Shown here: piece after piece, positions 1-8,728 of the stretch
Layout of the letters: each line of letters starts with the position of its first letter
Numbering within the stretch: position 1 is the stretch's first letter
Source of the DNA: Sphaerochaeta sp.
GTDB lineage: Bacteria > Spirochaetota > Spirochaetia > Sphaerochaetales > Sphaerochaetaceae
NCBI GenBank assembly: GCA_048264225.1
Contig: JBLXDK010000002.1
Span: forward strand, 9,848 to 73,847
Reading direction: 5' to 3'
Length of the DNA: 64,000 bases
Program-made: the position numbers and the translations under genes
The notes under the pieces: model-generated
What the model was told of the DNA's origin: nothing
The model's database searches: none
Seen by the model: the letters and a program-made list of their open reading frames with translations, nothing else

Positions 1-611
1 TCACTCTTCATCTTGCCCAGTTCACTGGACATGGCACTGCGGTCCACACAGAGGTAGTCGGCAAGCTGCTGACGGTCAAAGGGTATGGAGAACTCCTGTT
101 GCCCCCTATCCAGGGCCTGTTCGGAGAGGAAGGAGAGCAATTTCTCGCGGGTGCTCCGTTTTGTGATGTGGCTCATCTTCTGCATCAGGGTAAGGTTTTT
201 GTGTGCCAGTAACCTGACCATGTTTTCAATGATGGATTGGTGGAATACACAGGCAGATGGGCAGGATGTAATGATTTTCTGCACCGCAAGAAAGAGAACC
301 ACTGTCTTCTCCTCTGTAATGACAGAGGCAACACTTTTTTCTGCTGTGCATGCAACGGTTTCCGCGAAGATATCACCTGCACCCAGTTTTGCTACCAATG
401 TCCGGTTCCCCCAAAAGTCGTGACGGACAACGGTGACCGAGCCAGAAACTATCACAGCAAGCTCATCTAGGAGGTCTCCCTCCTCGATGATGGTGTAGTC
501 TTTTGGGTATGTTACCTCCTTGGGCTGTAGGCACCTGAGCAGGTGAGGAAGGTCGGAAAGGCTTACTCCTTGGAAGAGGAGGCTCTGGGCAAGAACTGGC
601 AAGATATCCAT
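1..611 (-). CDS. Crp/Fnr-family transcriptional regulator (C-terminus runs off the window edge)
   Basis: My own translation of the minus strand from the ATG at 611..609 gives MDILPVLAQSLLFQGVSLSDLPHLL...IIEEGDLLDELAVIVSGSV (cNMP-binding-like fold). It continues ...RSTREKLLSFLSEQA...FDRQQLADYLCVDRSAMSSELGKMK (Crp-type HTH). It is missing from the ORF track only because no stop codon lies inside the window. Confidence 0.85.
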   Translation of the reverse strand, partial: MDILPVLAQSLLFQGVSLSDLPHLLRCLQPKEVTYPKDYTIIEEGDLLDELAVIVSGSVTVVRHDFWGNRTLVAKLGAGDIFAETVACTAEKSVASVITEEKTVVLFLAVQKIITSCPSACVFHQSIIENMVRLLAHKNLTLMQKMSHITKRSTREKLLSFLSEQALDRGQQEFSIPFDRQQLADYLCVDRSAMSSELGKMKS

Positions 612-624
612 AAAACTATCCTTT

Positions 625-640
625 TGTTGTAAAAACAACA
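625..640. promoter_or_regulatory. 6-4-6 inverted repeat TGTTGT-AAAA-ACAACA, candidate Crp/Fnr-family operator
   Basis: The arms are perfect (625..630 and 635..640). The repeat sits in the 89-bp divergent region between the Crp/Fnr gene (start 611) and the 4Fe-4S gene (start 701). The geometry resembles FNR/CRP-type boxes (two half-sites around a 4-6 nt spacer). Confidence 0.35.
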
Positions 641-700
641 TAACTAACGTGATTCGCATAGTATCATGCAAAAGAAATTTGGACAATGGAGAATATATAG

Positions 701-1405
701 ATGATCAGACAGATGATAAAAATAGATGAAGCGTTGTGTAATGGCTGTGGCTTGTGTGCGAGTGCGTGCCTGGAAGGTGCCATAGGGATGGAAAACGGGA
801 AGGCAGTCTTGCTTCGTGAAGACTATTGTGATGGATTGGGCAACTGTCTGCCTGTTTGTCCCACCGGTGCGATAACCTTTGAAGAGCGCGAAGCCCCGGC
901 TTTCAACCATGAGGCGGTTGCCCATCTGATGGGGGAGGAGACTCCTGTCTTCAGTTGCCCAGGAACCCAGATGAAGGTCATGAAGCAGAGTGCAGAAGTA
1001 CAAACAGAAGAGACACCAATACAAGCGACAACAAAACCTGTCAGCCAGCTACGTCAATGGCCAGTGCAGATCAAGCTCGCCTCACCCAGTGCAGCCTTTT
1101 TCAAGAATTGTGACCTGCTCATTGCCGCTGACTGTTCTGCCTATGCCTATGCAGACTTCCACAATACCTTTATCAAGGGCAAAGTGACCCTCATAGGATG
1201 CCCCAAGCTTGATGAAGGCGACTATGCCCAGAAGCTTGCCGTCATCTTAGCAAACAACACCATCAGAAGCGTTACTGTCGTTAGGATGGAAGTGCCCTGT
1301 TGTGGTGGCCTCGATAGTGCTGTCAAGCGTGCCATTGCTGCATCGGGGAAGATCATACCGATAGCTGTGGTCACTCTCTCCTCAGAAGGGGAGATCCTCG
1401 CCTAG
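701..1405 (+). CDS. 4Fe-4S dicluster (ferredoxin-type) domain protein with a Cys-rich C-terminal domain
   Basis: ORF track, 234 aa. It has two ferredoxin-type cluster motifs (CNGCGLCASAC and CDGLGNCLPVCP) and a C-terminal region with ...GCPKLDEG...EVPCCGG. An alternative start is M5 at 713. Confidence 0.8.
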   Translation: MIRQMIKIDEALCNGCGLCASACLEGAIGMENGKAVLLREDYCDGLGNCLPVCPTGAITFEEREAPAFNHEAVAHLMGEETPVFSCPGTQMKVMKQSAEVQTEETPIQATTKPVSQLRQWPVQIKLASPSAAFFKNCDLLIAADCSAYAYADFHNTFIKGKVTLIGCPKLDEGDYAQKLAVILANNTIRSVTVVRMEVPCCGGLDSAVKRAIAASGKIIPIAVVTLSSEGEILA

Positions 1406-1476
1406 AGGATAGTACGAAAAGAGGGCAGAAAATAACATGCTATCGTGGATGCTACATAGGTAACCGATGCATGAAT

Positions 1477-1535
1477 ATGACTATGACTATGACTATGGAT
1501 AGAAATAGGGATAGGAATAGGAATAGGGATAGAGG
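1477..1535. repeat. Two adjacent hexanucleotide microsatellites, (ATGACT)x3 then (AGRRAT)x5
   Basis: Read directly from the sequence: atgact atgact atgact (1477..1494), then agaaat agggat aggaat aggaat agggat (1501..1530). They lie in the convergent intergenic gap between 1405 and 1568. They create the artefactual 'IPIPIPIPISIHSHSHSH' ORF at 1402..1602. Confidence 0.9.
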
Positions 1536-1567
1536 CCTCTGTCCGTGATGAAAGAAGAAGCAAAAGG

Positions 1568-2308
1568 TTACCTTTCCAACATCTTCTTAAGATACCCCAC
1601 ATTCAACAGATGCACCGTTTCAAACTTGCCTTGGTAGAATACTGCCCAGTTATTGAATACACAGGGCATCGCCTGTGCCTTTTGCTGGGTATCAACGGCA
1701 ACCAGATTGAGTGGAATCTCATGGGCCTTGCAGTAGGCTTGAACTTCCTTGATACAATTGGGTATGTAGGGGCATTGCAAGCCGTAATAGATGGTCAGAG
1801 CCTCATCCTCAATGGTCTGGAGTCTTGCTGTCAGAGTAAACTGGGGCTTGGAGCCATCGAAGGAGAGGGCCAACAGTTCATATTCACCTATACGGTCGAC
1901 TGTCTCAAATCCATGCTTGACCATGAAGGCCTTGTCGCTCAGAAAGGGTTTCTTCTTCCTTGCGCTGATCACACATACCCCCGATCGCCCCTGCCTTTTT
2001 GCCTCTGTGACACAGCGGGAGAGCAACTCAGTGGCATAGCCCTTGCCCTTGAAACTGCCTGAAACCCAGAGGCAGTGGATGTACAGGTAGTTCTCCCCTA
2101 CAACAGGGACCCATGCATGTTCTAGCGGGGTGTACTCTATGAAGGTCTTCCCCCTTGCATCAAGCTTGGTGAAGGTGTGCCCATCGGCAAACCTCTCCCT
2201 GAGCCAGGCTTTCTTTGCCACGACTCCACTCTGGTGCTTTTTGTCAGCTATTGCACAGCAGATATGCTCCTGCTGTATATTCTCAGCATTGAGGGTGATG
2301 AATTCCAT
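1568..2308 (-). CDS. GNAT-family N-acetyltransferase with a YoaP-like C-terminal domain
   Basis: ORF track, 246 aa. The acetyl-CoA-binding core reads ...LWVSGSFKGKGYATELLSRCVTEAKRQG... The C-terminal ...YYGLQCPYIPN...NNWAVFYQGKF... is typical of YoaP-like proteins. Confidence 0.75.
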   Translation of the reverse strand: MEFITLNAENIQQEHICCAIADKKHQSGVVAKKAWLRERFADGHTFTKLDARGKTFIEYTPLEHAWVPVVGENYLYIHCLWVSGSFKGKGYATELLSRCVTEAKRQGRSGVCVISARKKKPFLSDKAFMVKHGFETVDRIGEYELLALSFDGSKPQFTLTARLQTIEDEALTIYYGLQCPYIPNCIKEVQAYCKAHEIPLNLVAVDTQQKAQAMPCVFNNWAVFYQGKFETVHLLNVGYLKKMLER

Positions 2309-2395
2309 GGGTCTCTTCCTTGCTTTCTGTTTTGGTTTTTTGGTTGTTAATTGGTATGGTAATTCCGTGAAAACTGTAGCCCGTATGATAAACCC

Positions 2396-3658
2396 CTACT
2401 GATGGCGCAGACAAGTTGGAATATCCATCTTCAGCGATCGCCTGATAGGAAGCCATGCAACTATCATCGATAGGCTGATGCCAGAGGCAAAAGCAACGGC
2501 AAAGGACTTGAGGCTCCAAGAGCCTCGTACAATGCTTTGGACCCTATAGCCAATATCCATATCACGCATCATGAAGCCAAAGTCAATGCCGACATTGACC
2601 ATGTAGAGATTGCCTAAAGCACCCAAGGCAAGACCGATGACCGATCCGACAAATCCTATGCCCCCTGCTTCGAACAAGAAGGAGAGCATGATGTGGCTGT
2701 CCTTCATTCCAAGGGACCTCATCATCCCAAGCTCCCGGGTTCGTTCATACATGGACATGAGCATCGTATTGGAAATTCCCACCGCTGCTATGAGGAAGAC
2801 AAGAAACAGGATGACTGCAGTGCCTCCCCGTTCCGCCTGAATGGCAGCAAGGTAGTCCTTGGCCAGAACTCTCCAGCTTCGTGCCTCAAGGTCCTGCTCC
2901 GATACAGATATCAGCTGTTGTATTCTCTCTACTGCTTCATCCACATCGCTACGCAATGGCAGGCGAATATTTATTTCCGTTACAGAGCCTTCCATGCCCA
3001 ACAGCGTATCTGCACCCTTCTTGTTCATCATCAGAAGGGTTCTGTTCACATTGGGATTGGGGCAGTTGACGATTCCCACTATCTGTAGGTCAGTTGCACC
3101 AAAGAACCCACCTTTGCCACGGGTGACCAAGGTTATCCAGTAGCCAACCTTCGCCCCAATATCTTCTGCAAACCATGATCCCATGAGAGCCCCTTCTGTA
3201 TCATCTTGTGTGAGAAACCTGCCATCGATAAGGGTGTCTTCAAAATGGAATACGTCATTGTCAGTCTCTGGCTCGATCGCTGTCACCAGGACTCCCATAT
3301 TCCCATCTTCGCCAAAGTCATCGCTGTAGAGGATCATATCAGCGGTAAACATGGTTCTCCCTGTTGCTGTCCAACCGTTTTCCCTGAGAAGTTTGAGTAC
3401 TTGTTCAGGCTGCTCTATCCCCTGTTCCAAGGGATAGAGCTGACGGTCGCCCCAGTACTCCTTGGAATGTATCCTTACAGAAGAGGTCTCATACCAGAGC
3501 AGGTTGCGCACGGACTCTTCGTCCATTCCCAGAAGTAAGGAATCTACAATGAGGTACATGGAAAGCCCAAGGGCAATTGCTATGGCCGTAATGAAGGTAC
3601 GCCTCTTGTATCGGAAGAGGTTTTTCATTGCGAGAAGGAAGGCAAATTTCACAGGCAT
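2396..3658 (-). CDS. ABC transporter permease, FtsX/MacB-LolCE type (paralogue of 6786..8045)
   Basis: ORF track, 420 aa. It has an N-terminal TM helix, a large extracytoplasmic domain and a C-terminal FtsX module (...AAVGISNTMLMSMYERTRELGMMRSLGM...). It is the last gene of the minus-strand operon. Confidence 0.85.
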   Translation of the reverse strand: MPVKFAFLLAMKNLFRYKRRTFITAIAIALGLSMYLIVDSLLLGMDEESVRNLLWYETSSVRIHSKEYWGDRQLYPLEQGIEQPEQVLKLLRENGWTATGRTMFTADMILYSDDFGEDGNMGVLVTAIEPETDNDVFHFEDTLIDGRFLTQDDTEGALMGSWFAEDIGAKVGYWITLVTRGKGGFFGATDLQIVGIVNCPNPNVNRTLLMMNKKGADTLLGMEGSVTEINIRLPLRSDVDEAVERIQQLISVSEQDLEARSWRVLAKDYLAAIQAERGGTAVILFLVFLIAAVGISNTMLMSMYERTRELGMMRSLGMKDSHIMLSFLFEAGGIGFVGSVIGLALGALGNLYMVNVGIDFGFMMRDMDIGYRVQSIVRGSWSLKSFAVAFASGISLSMIVAWLPIRRSLKMDIPTCLRHQ

Positions 3659-3667
3659 ATCCCCATA

Positions 3668-4774
3668 CTAGAATACCCAGCTGCTGCCGATTGTGGCAGA
3701 GATAGAAGGGGGTTTGGTTGTATCTGTCGAGCTCCATGCAAACAAGTCCCCATCGTCACCAGTGGCGACAGAGACGCTCCCTATGAGGTTGAACGCATCA
3801 AAGATATTCCAACTCATGCCGATGGTGGTCATTGCCGATAGATCCAAGGGTGAGATGATCGAACGTAGGCTGAAGGATAGGGAAGGTGAGTAGGAGAGCC
3901 CCAACTCAGGATAGAGAAGCAGGGCTGCATCACTATCCTTGACTGGAGCGGGTTCCCACCTACCAAACGGCCTGGTAAGAAACTCCAGGCGGAGGGTGAG
4001 TGTCCTTTCCAGAGGGAGGGTAACCAGATGGAATATTCCTCCACTTATCATCCAGGACTCTCCTGTCTCTTTGGCAATGTCTCCAGCTTCAGGGATAGCC
4101 ACTGAGGAGGATACATACCAGTCAAATCCGAGGTTGCCCTGCAGGCTCAGGTAGGGTTTGTGCACACGCACTGTTGTTGCAGGATTTTTAGAGGCATAGC
4201 CCAGCTCGACCTTGATGTCCTTCACAGTGGTATAATACCTCGCTCCGAACAGCATATCGATAGGGACACCTGTCTCAGAAGGCATCACAACAGCTTCAGC
4301 AAACGAGAAGAACCCCAAGGGGTAGTTGACCGATGCAAGCCAGTTGGTGGTGCTCCGAAGCTCCGCCTGGGTCAGGGATACGGAGGTTGAATTGCTTCCG
4401 TACAGTACATCACCTGCATTGAAGAGCATGCCGTCCCCCCAGGAGAGGCGTGTCTTTCCGGCAGTCAGGCGGAAGGAGGGAAAGCGTGCCTTGAAGTAAG
4501 CCTTCTGCACAATGCTGTCAAAGCTTGGAGTCTTATCAAGGGAGTTCCCTTGCAGCACAACCTCTCCTCGGACGTTTCCCTCTCGCTTGGAAGAGAGGGA
4601 GACGGAGAGATTTGCATTCATGGCATCTATCCACGTGTCACCCTTTGCCATGTAGGCAACCGTTGGCAACAGATCCATGCTAATCACAGGATTCTCAGCT
4701 GCTAGGAGCGGACTGAGAAAGAGAGCTGCTGCCATGCAAGTGAGGATGATACGCTTCGATGTAGTTCTTACCAT
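3668..4774 (-). CDS. Secreted protein, probable outer-membrane beta-barrel (unknown family)
   Basis: ORF track, 368 aa. There is an N-terminal signal peptide (...AAALFLSPLLAAENP). The body shows alternating-polarity strands rich in G/S/Y/F, and the last residue is aromatic (...GSSWVF), as in BAM substrates. It overlaps the upstream LolA-like gene by 7 nt. Confidence 0.55.
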   Translation of the reverse strand: MVRTTSKRIILTCMAAALFLSPLLAAENPVISMDLLPTVAYMAKGDTWIDAMNANLSVSLSSKREGNVRGEVVLQGNSLDKTPSFDSIVQKAYFKARFPSFRLTAGKTRLSWGDGMLFNAGDVLYGSNSTSVSLTQAELRSTTNWLASVNYPLGFFSFAEAVVMPSETGVPIDMLFGARYYTTVKDIKVELGYASKNPATTVRVHKPYLSLQGNLGFDWYVSSSVAIPEAGDIAKETGESWMISGGIFHLVTLPLERTLTLRLEFLTRPFGRWEPAPVKDSDAALLLYPELGLSYSPSLSFSLRSIISPLDLSAMTTIGMSWNIFDAFNLIGSVSVATGDDGDLFAWSSTDTTKPPSISATIGSSWVF

Positions 4775-5547
4775 GTGAGGTTCTCCAAGGTGAAGATGCT
4801 CCGATCCAGTTTTGGGTTCGCCTCAAACGAATCAACAGTCATGAGGGTTGCAGAGTCCTTCTTCATCTTGTCTTCGATCTTGCTCTGTTTTGGGAGGACC
4901 CTGTCCCCTGATTTGAAGGTATCCAACACCTCCATTACCTTGAGCAGGCGTCCCTGAGCAGTGGAATACTCTGCATTCCAGACAAGGAAGGACTGTTTGT
5001 CGACCCAGATCTTCTGCCTCGGGTAGGCTACCGACCTTGTTTTGGCAGTAAGGGTCAGCACGTAACACTCATTTCCCTTGAAGGTCTCATCCTGTTCCAG
5101 TTTGGCCGTGTAGTTGTCCAGAGTGTTTTTCTCCTCGGTCATGTCCTCATAGGAGATGTCCGATCCCAGCATGGACTGCCTGAGGGCCGCTCCCTGCATC
5201 CTGATGAGCTGTTCGGCATCAGGATAGAAGAGGTAGAGGCTTCCTTCTGTACGGAGGATCTTCTGCCCTCGTTCTGCCTTGCTGGTGAACTCGATCAGGG
5301 AGTCCTTTTCTCCTTGGCTCCAAGATTTGAACAGACTGGTCTTGGTCCCGAATCGGTCAGTTGTCTGTATCGAGCCGGTGGAGTAGGTGGTCTCGAAGGT
5401 CGAGAGCCTATCCATCTCCTGGATGATCTCATCGGCACTCAGGGCGAAGAGCATTGCAGGGATGCCCAAGAGCAGTATTACCAGTAGTGCCAGCTTTTGT
5501 AGCCTTGGTATTCGTCTTCTTAGTAATTGGTTGGAATTCTTATACAT
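4768..5547 (-). CDS. Outer-membrane lipoprotein-sorting (LolA-like) family protein
   Basis: The ORF at 4768..5583 probably starts at the MYKNSNQ... methionine (5547), giving an 8-nt overlap with the upstream permease stop. It has a signal peptide (...LLLGIPAMLFALSADE). Hallmark LolA_like stretches are ...EGSLYLFYPDAEQLIRM...MLGSDISYEDM... Confidence 0.75.
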   Translation of the reverse strand: MYKNSNQLLRRRIPRLQKLALLVILLLGIPAMLFALSADEIIQEMDRLSTFETTYSTGSIQTTDRFGTKTSLFKSWSQGEKDSLIEFTSKAERGQKILRTEGSLYLFYPDAEQLIRMQGAALRQSMLGSDISYEDMTEEKNTLDNYTAKLEQDETFKGNECYVLTLTAKTRSVAYPRQKIWVDKQSFLVWNAEYSTAQGRLLKVMEVLDTFKSGDRVLPKQSKIEDKMKKDSATLMTVDSFEANPKLDRSIFTLENLTW

Positions 5548-6775
5548 AACGGAGAGCCTCCACAGGTTGGATTTTTGAAGCATGGCGAGAAGGGATGAAG
5601 GTGGACATAGTTGAGATCACCACCGCATATGCCCACACGACAATAGCGGTCAGGACGCTTGTCTGAGGATAGAGTATGGAGGAAATCTCCATATCCATGC
5701 CACTGAATGCCTCAGTGAAGTCAAGCCCGATCTTACCCATATAGTAGGTGCCTATATACCCGATTATAACCCCTACAGCCGATCCTATCATACTGATGAA
5801 GAATCCTTCCAGCAGGAAGAGACGGGTCAGCTCCGAGCCTTGCATGCCAAGGGCGGACAAGGTCCCGATCTCACGCATCCGCTCGAAGATTACCATCATC
5901 GTGGTATTGATGATGACCGTGCTTCCCAGGACAAAGAAGAACATGGCGATGAAATAATATGCGATCTTGGCAATCTTGATCATTCCGTATAATGCATTCA
6001 GCTCTGTCCAGGATCGGGTATCAGTTACAGTACCCAAGGTTCTTTCAATATCGGTTCCAATCTGCAGTGCAGCTTGTTTCTCGTTCACCCCATCCTCAAG
6101 CAATACCAAGATCTCCTGGGCTTGGCCATCCATCCCAAGAAACTTCTGGACCCGGTCTATCGGAGCCCACAGGGAGTTTGCATTCATTCCGGCAACAGGG
6201 AAGCCTGCAATTCCTACGATCATAAAGGTAAATGCATTGCTTCCACGAGTTGCCGTAGTGCTGAGCAGGGTCACCTTGTCACCAAGGGCCAAGTTCATGT
6301 CTCTTGCCAGGGCGAATCCCATTATGATCTCATTTTCTCCTGCCTGGGGAAGCTTGCCCTCCTTCAGTATGGACGGGAAGTCAACGAAAGCCTGTTCTGC
6401 GGTAAAATCTACGCCGACGCCCATTACCCCATGTTGTTTTTCTCCTAGGTACATGTTCGCTGGGAAGTTGATCCTAGCTGTGGCAGCTCGAACATCGCTG
6501 TTGTCAGAGAGAATAGGTTCGATGCTCCTCCAATCGACTCCAAGGTGCAGTGGATTGTATCGCTCGTACTTCTCAAAGTCGGCATGTTGGATGCGCACCT
6601 GTCCTGTATAGTAGGACTGCAGGTTGTTTGCCATATCAGCTTCCATCCCATTGAGCAGACCGAAGAGCATGACAATGCTCATAGCTGAGACTGCGATTGC
6701 AACCGCTGATAAAATAGAACGCCTGAGGTTCCTAAATATGTTTCTGAACGCTAGTTTCGGAAGTTTCTTTATCAT
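5540..6775 (-). CDS. ABC transporter permease, FtsX/LolCE type
   Basis: The ORF at 5540..6892 opens on a TTG. The likely start is the ATG at 6775 (MIKKLPKLAFRNIFRNLRRS...), just after the upstream gene's stop at 6786. The FtsX module reads ...TMMVIFERMREIGTLSALGMQG... Confidence 0.85.
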   Translation of the reverse strand: MIKKLPKLAFRNIFRNLRRSILSAVAIAVSAMSIVMLFGLLNGMEADMANNLQSYYTGQVRIQHADFEKYERYNPLHLGVDWRSIEPILSDNSDVRAATARINFPANMYLGEKQHGVMGVGVDFTAEQAFVDFPSILKEGKLPQAGENEIIMGFALARDMNLALGDKVTLLSTTATRGSNAFTFMIVGIAGFPVAGMNANSLWAPIDRVQKFLGMDGQAQEILVLLEDGVNEKQAALQIGTDIERTLGTVTDTRSWTELNALYGMIKIAKIAYYFIAMFFFVLGSTVIINTTMMVIFERMREIGTLSALGMQGSELTRLFLLEGFFISMIGSAVGVIIGYIGTYYMGKIGLDFTEAFSGMDMEISSILYPQTSVLTAIVVWAYAVVISTMSTFIPSRHASKIQPVEALRYV

Positions 6776-6785
6776 TATGGCTCTC

Positions 6786-8045
6786 CTATTGGTGCCTGAG
6801 GCAGGTTGGAATATCCATCTTAAGAGCTCGCCTGATGGGAAAGAGCGATACAAGCATGGCAAGGCCAATGCCCGATACGAAGGTGATGACAAAACTCTTG
6901 AGGTTCCACGTTCCCCGCATTATGTTCTGGACCCTGTAGCCAATGTCCATATCCCGAAAGATGGAACCATAGTTGATTCCCATTTCGACCAAAAAGATAT
7001 TTCCCAAAGCTCCCAGGGCGATACCCACCAAAGCTCCCAACAACCCTATTCCCCCAGCCTCAAAGATGAAGGCCAGTCGAATATGGTTGTCTTTCATTCC
7101 CAAAGCCCTCATCATGCCAAGCTCGCGAGTCCTCTCGTACATTGCCATGAGCATGGTGTTTGAGATACCCACAGCCGCTATGATGAATACCAAGAAGAGA
7201 ATTATTCCTGTTCCTCCACGCTTAGCCTCTGCTATAGCAAGATAATCCTTGGCCATCTCTCTCCAGCTTTTTGCCTCAAGGTCGCCCCGGCCGTTGCTCT
7301 CAAGTGTAGCCTGAATCTTTTGTACCTCAATATCGACATCAGCGCGGTTTGGTAGCAGGATATCAATTTCTGTCACTGCCCCATCCATTCCCAGTATGGA
7401 ACCAGCAACGCCTTTGTCCATCATGATGAGGGTGCGGTTCACATTGGGGTTGGGGCAGTTGACGATGCCTACGACCTGGACATCTATCGCTTCAAAAAAG
7501 CCCCCGTTTCCTCGTGTCACCAGGGTGACCCAGTATCCAATCTCAGCTCCGATGTCCTCTGCCAGCCAGGAACCCATGAGCATACCATTCTGCTCCCCTT
7601 TGTTGAGGAATCTTCCTTCAAGGAGGGTATCCTCAAAGTGGAAGACTTCATTGTCCTTTTCGGGGTCAATGCCTGTCACCAATACCGGCAAGTTGCCGTC
7701 TTCTCCAAAGTCATTGCTGTAGAGGATCATGTCAGCTTTGAACATGGTACGCTCTGTTGCCGTATAGCCGCTCTGGTTGAGGATATCAATGACCTTCTCT
7801 GGGGTCTCTATGCCATCTTCCAAGGGAAAGAGCAATCTATCAGGCCAATGTTCTTTTGTATGAATCCTTACCGAGGATGTTTCATACCAGATAAGGTTGC
7901 GTTCCGACTCTAGCTCAATACCCAGCAGCAGTGAGTCCACTATGATGAACATCATCAGGCCAAGGGCGATGGCTATGGCTGTGATGGCCGTGCGCCTTTT
8001 GTACCGAGAGAGGTTCTTCATTGCGAGTGTGAAGATGAATCTCAT
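6786..8045 (-). CDS. ABC transporter permease, FtsX/MacB-LolCE type (paralogue of 2396..3658)
   Basis: ORF track, 419 aa. It shares long identical runs with 2396..3658 (IVGIVNCPNPNVNRTL, AAVGISNTMLM, MYERTRELGMMR, KMDIPTCLRHQ). Confidence 0.85.
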   Translation of the reverse strand: MRFIFTLAMKNLSRYKRRTAITAIAIALGLMMFIIVDSLLLGIELESERNLIWYETSSVRIHTKEHWPDRLLFPLEDGIETPEKVIDILNQSGYTATERTMFKADMILYSNDFGEDGNLPVLVTGIDPEKDNEVFHFEDTLLEGRFLNKGEQNGMLMGSWLAEDIGAEIGYWVTLVTRGNGGFFEAIDVQVVGIVNCPNPNVNRTLIMMDKGVAGSILGMDGAVTEIDILLPNRADVDIEVQKIQATLESNGRGDLEAKSWREMAKDYLAIAEAKRGGTGIILFLVFIIAAVGISNTMLMAMYERTRELGMMRALGMKDNHIRLAFIFEAGGIGLLGALVGIALGALGNIFLVEMGINYGSIFRDMDIGYRVQNIMRGTWNLKSFVITFVSGIGLAMLVSLFPIRRALKMDIPTCLRHQ

Positions 8046-8725
8046 CCTTTCCTCCTCTCATCGCTGATGATGGTCCCATCATGCAACTGCACAAGGCGCG
8101 AAGCGTAGTCCATGACCATCTGGTCATGGGTTGAGAAGATGAACGTGGTCTTGTATTTCTCGTTCATCTTTTTCATGAGTTTTAGGATCTCTTCTCCTGT
8201 CTTGGAGTCAAGGTTTGCCGTCGGCTCATCCGCTAGGACAATCTGAGGGTTCTTTATCAGGGCACGGGCTATGGCGACGCGCTGCTGCTGGCCTCCGCTG
8301 AGTTTGCCTGGACGACGATTTTCCATTCCCTCAAGACCGACCTCCTTGAGCAGTTCCATGGTTCGGCTTGTGGTCTCCTCTTCGCTGATGTTCAGGATGG
8401 ATAGGACAAATGCGACGTTCTCATAGGCTGAGAGGACAGGGATGAGGTTGTAGGTCTGAAAGACGAAGCCGAGGTTGTTCCGGCGGAACTCTGTCATCCC
8501 TTTTTTGCCCATCTGGGTCACCTTTTCGCCGTTGATGGTTATCTCCCCCTCATCGAGGGCGTCAATACATCCAATGAGGTTGAGCAGCGTTGTCTTACCT
8601 GACCCCGAAGGCCCGGCTATCGAGAGAAACTCACCGTCCTGAATTTCCAAAGATACTTTTTTCAATGCTTTGACGACGGTCTCCCCTGTCTTGTAGTTGC
8701 GTGATACATCTGTAATCTTGATCAT
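8042..8725 (-). CDS. ABC transporter ATP-binding protein (LolD/MacB-type)
   Basis: ORF track, 227 aa. Walker A is GPSGSGKTT, the signature is [15 protein letters not shown], and Walker B is IVLADEPT. It overlaps the permease gene by 4 nt. Confidence 0.9.
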   Translation of the reverse strand: MIKITDVSRNYKTGETVVKALKKVSLEIQDGEFLSIAGPSGSGKTTLLNLIGCIDALDEGEITINGEKVTQMGKKGMTEFRRNNLGFVFQTYNLIPVLSAYENVAFVLSILNISEEETTSRTMELLKEVGLEGMENRRPGKLSGGQQQRVAIARALIKNPQIVLADEPTANLDSKTGEEILKLMKKMNEKYKTTFIFSTHDQMVMDYASRLVQLHDGTIISDERRKG

Positions 8726-8728
8726 CTG

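Noticed and set aside
1402-1602. A 66-aa minus-strand ORF containing 'IPIPIPIPISIHSHSHSH'.
   Set aside because: It is an artefact of translating the two hexanucleotide microsatellites in the convergent intergenic gap.
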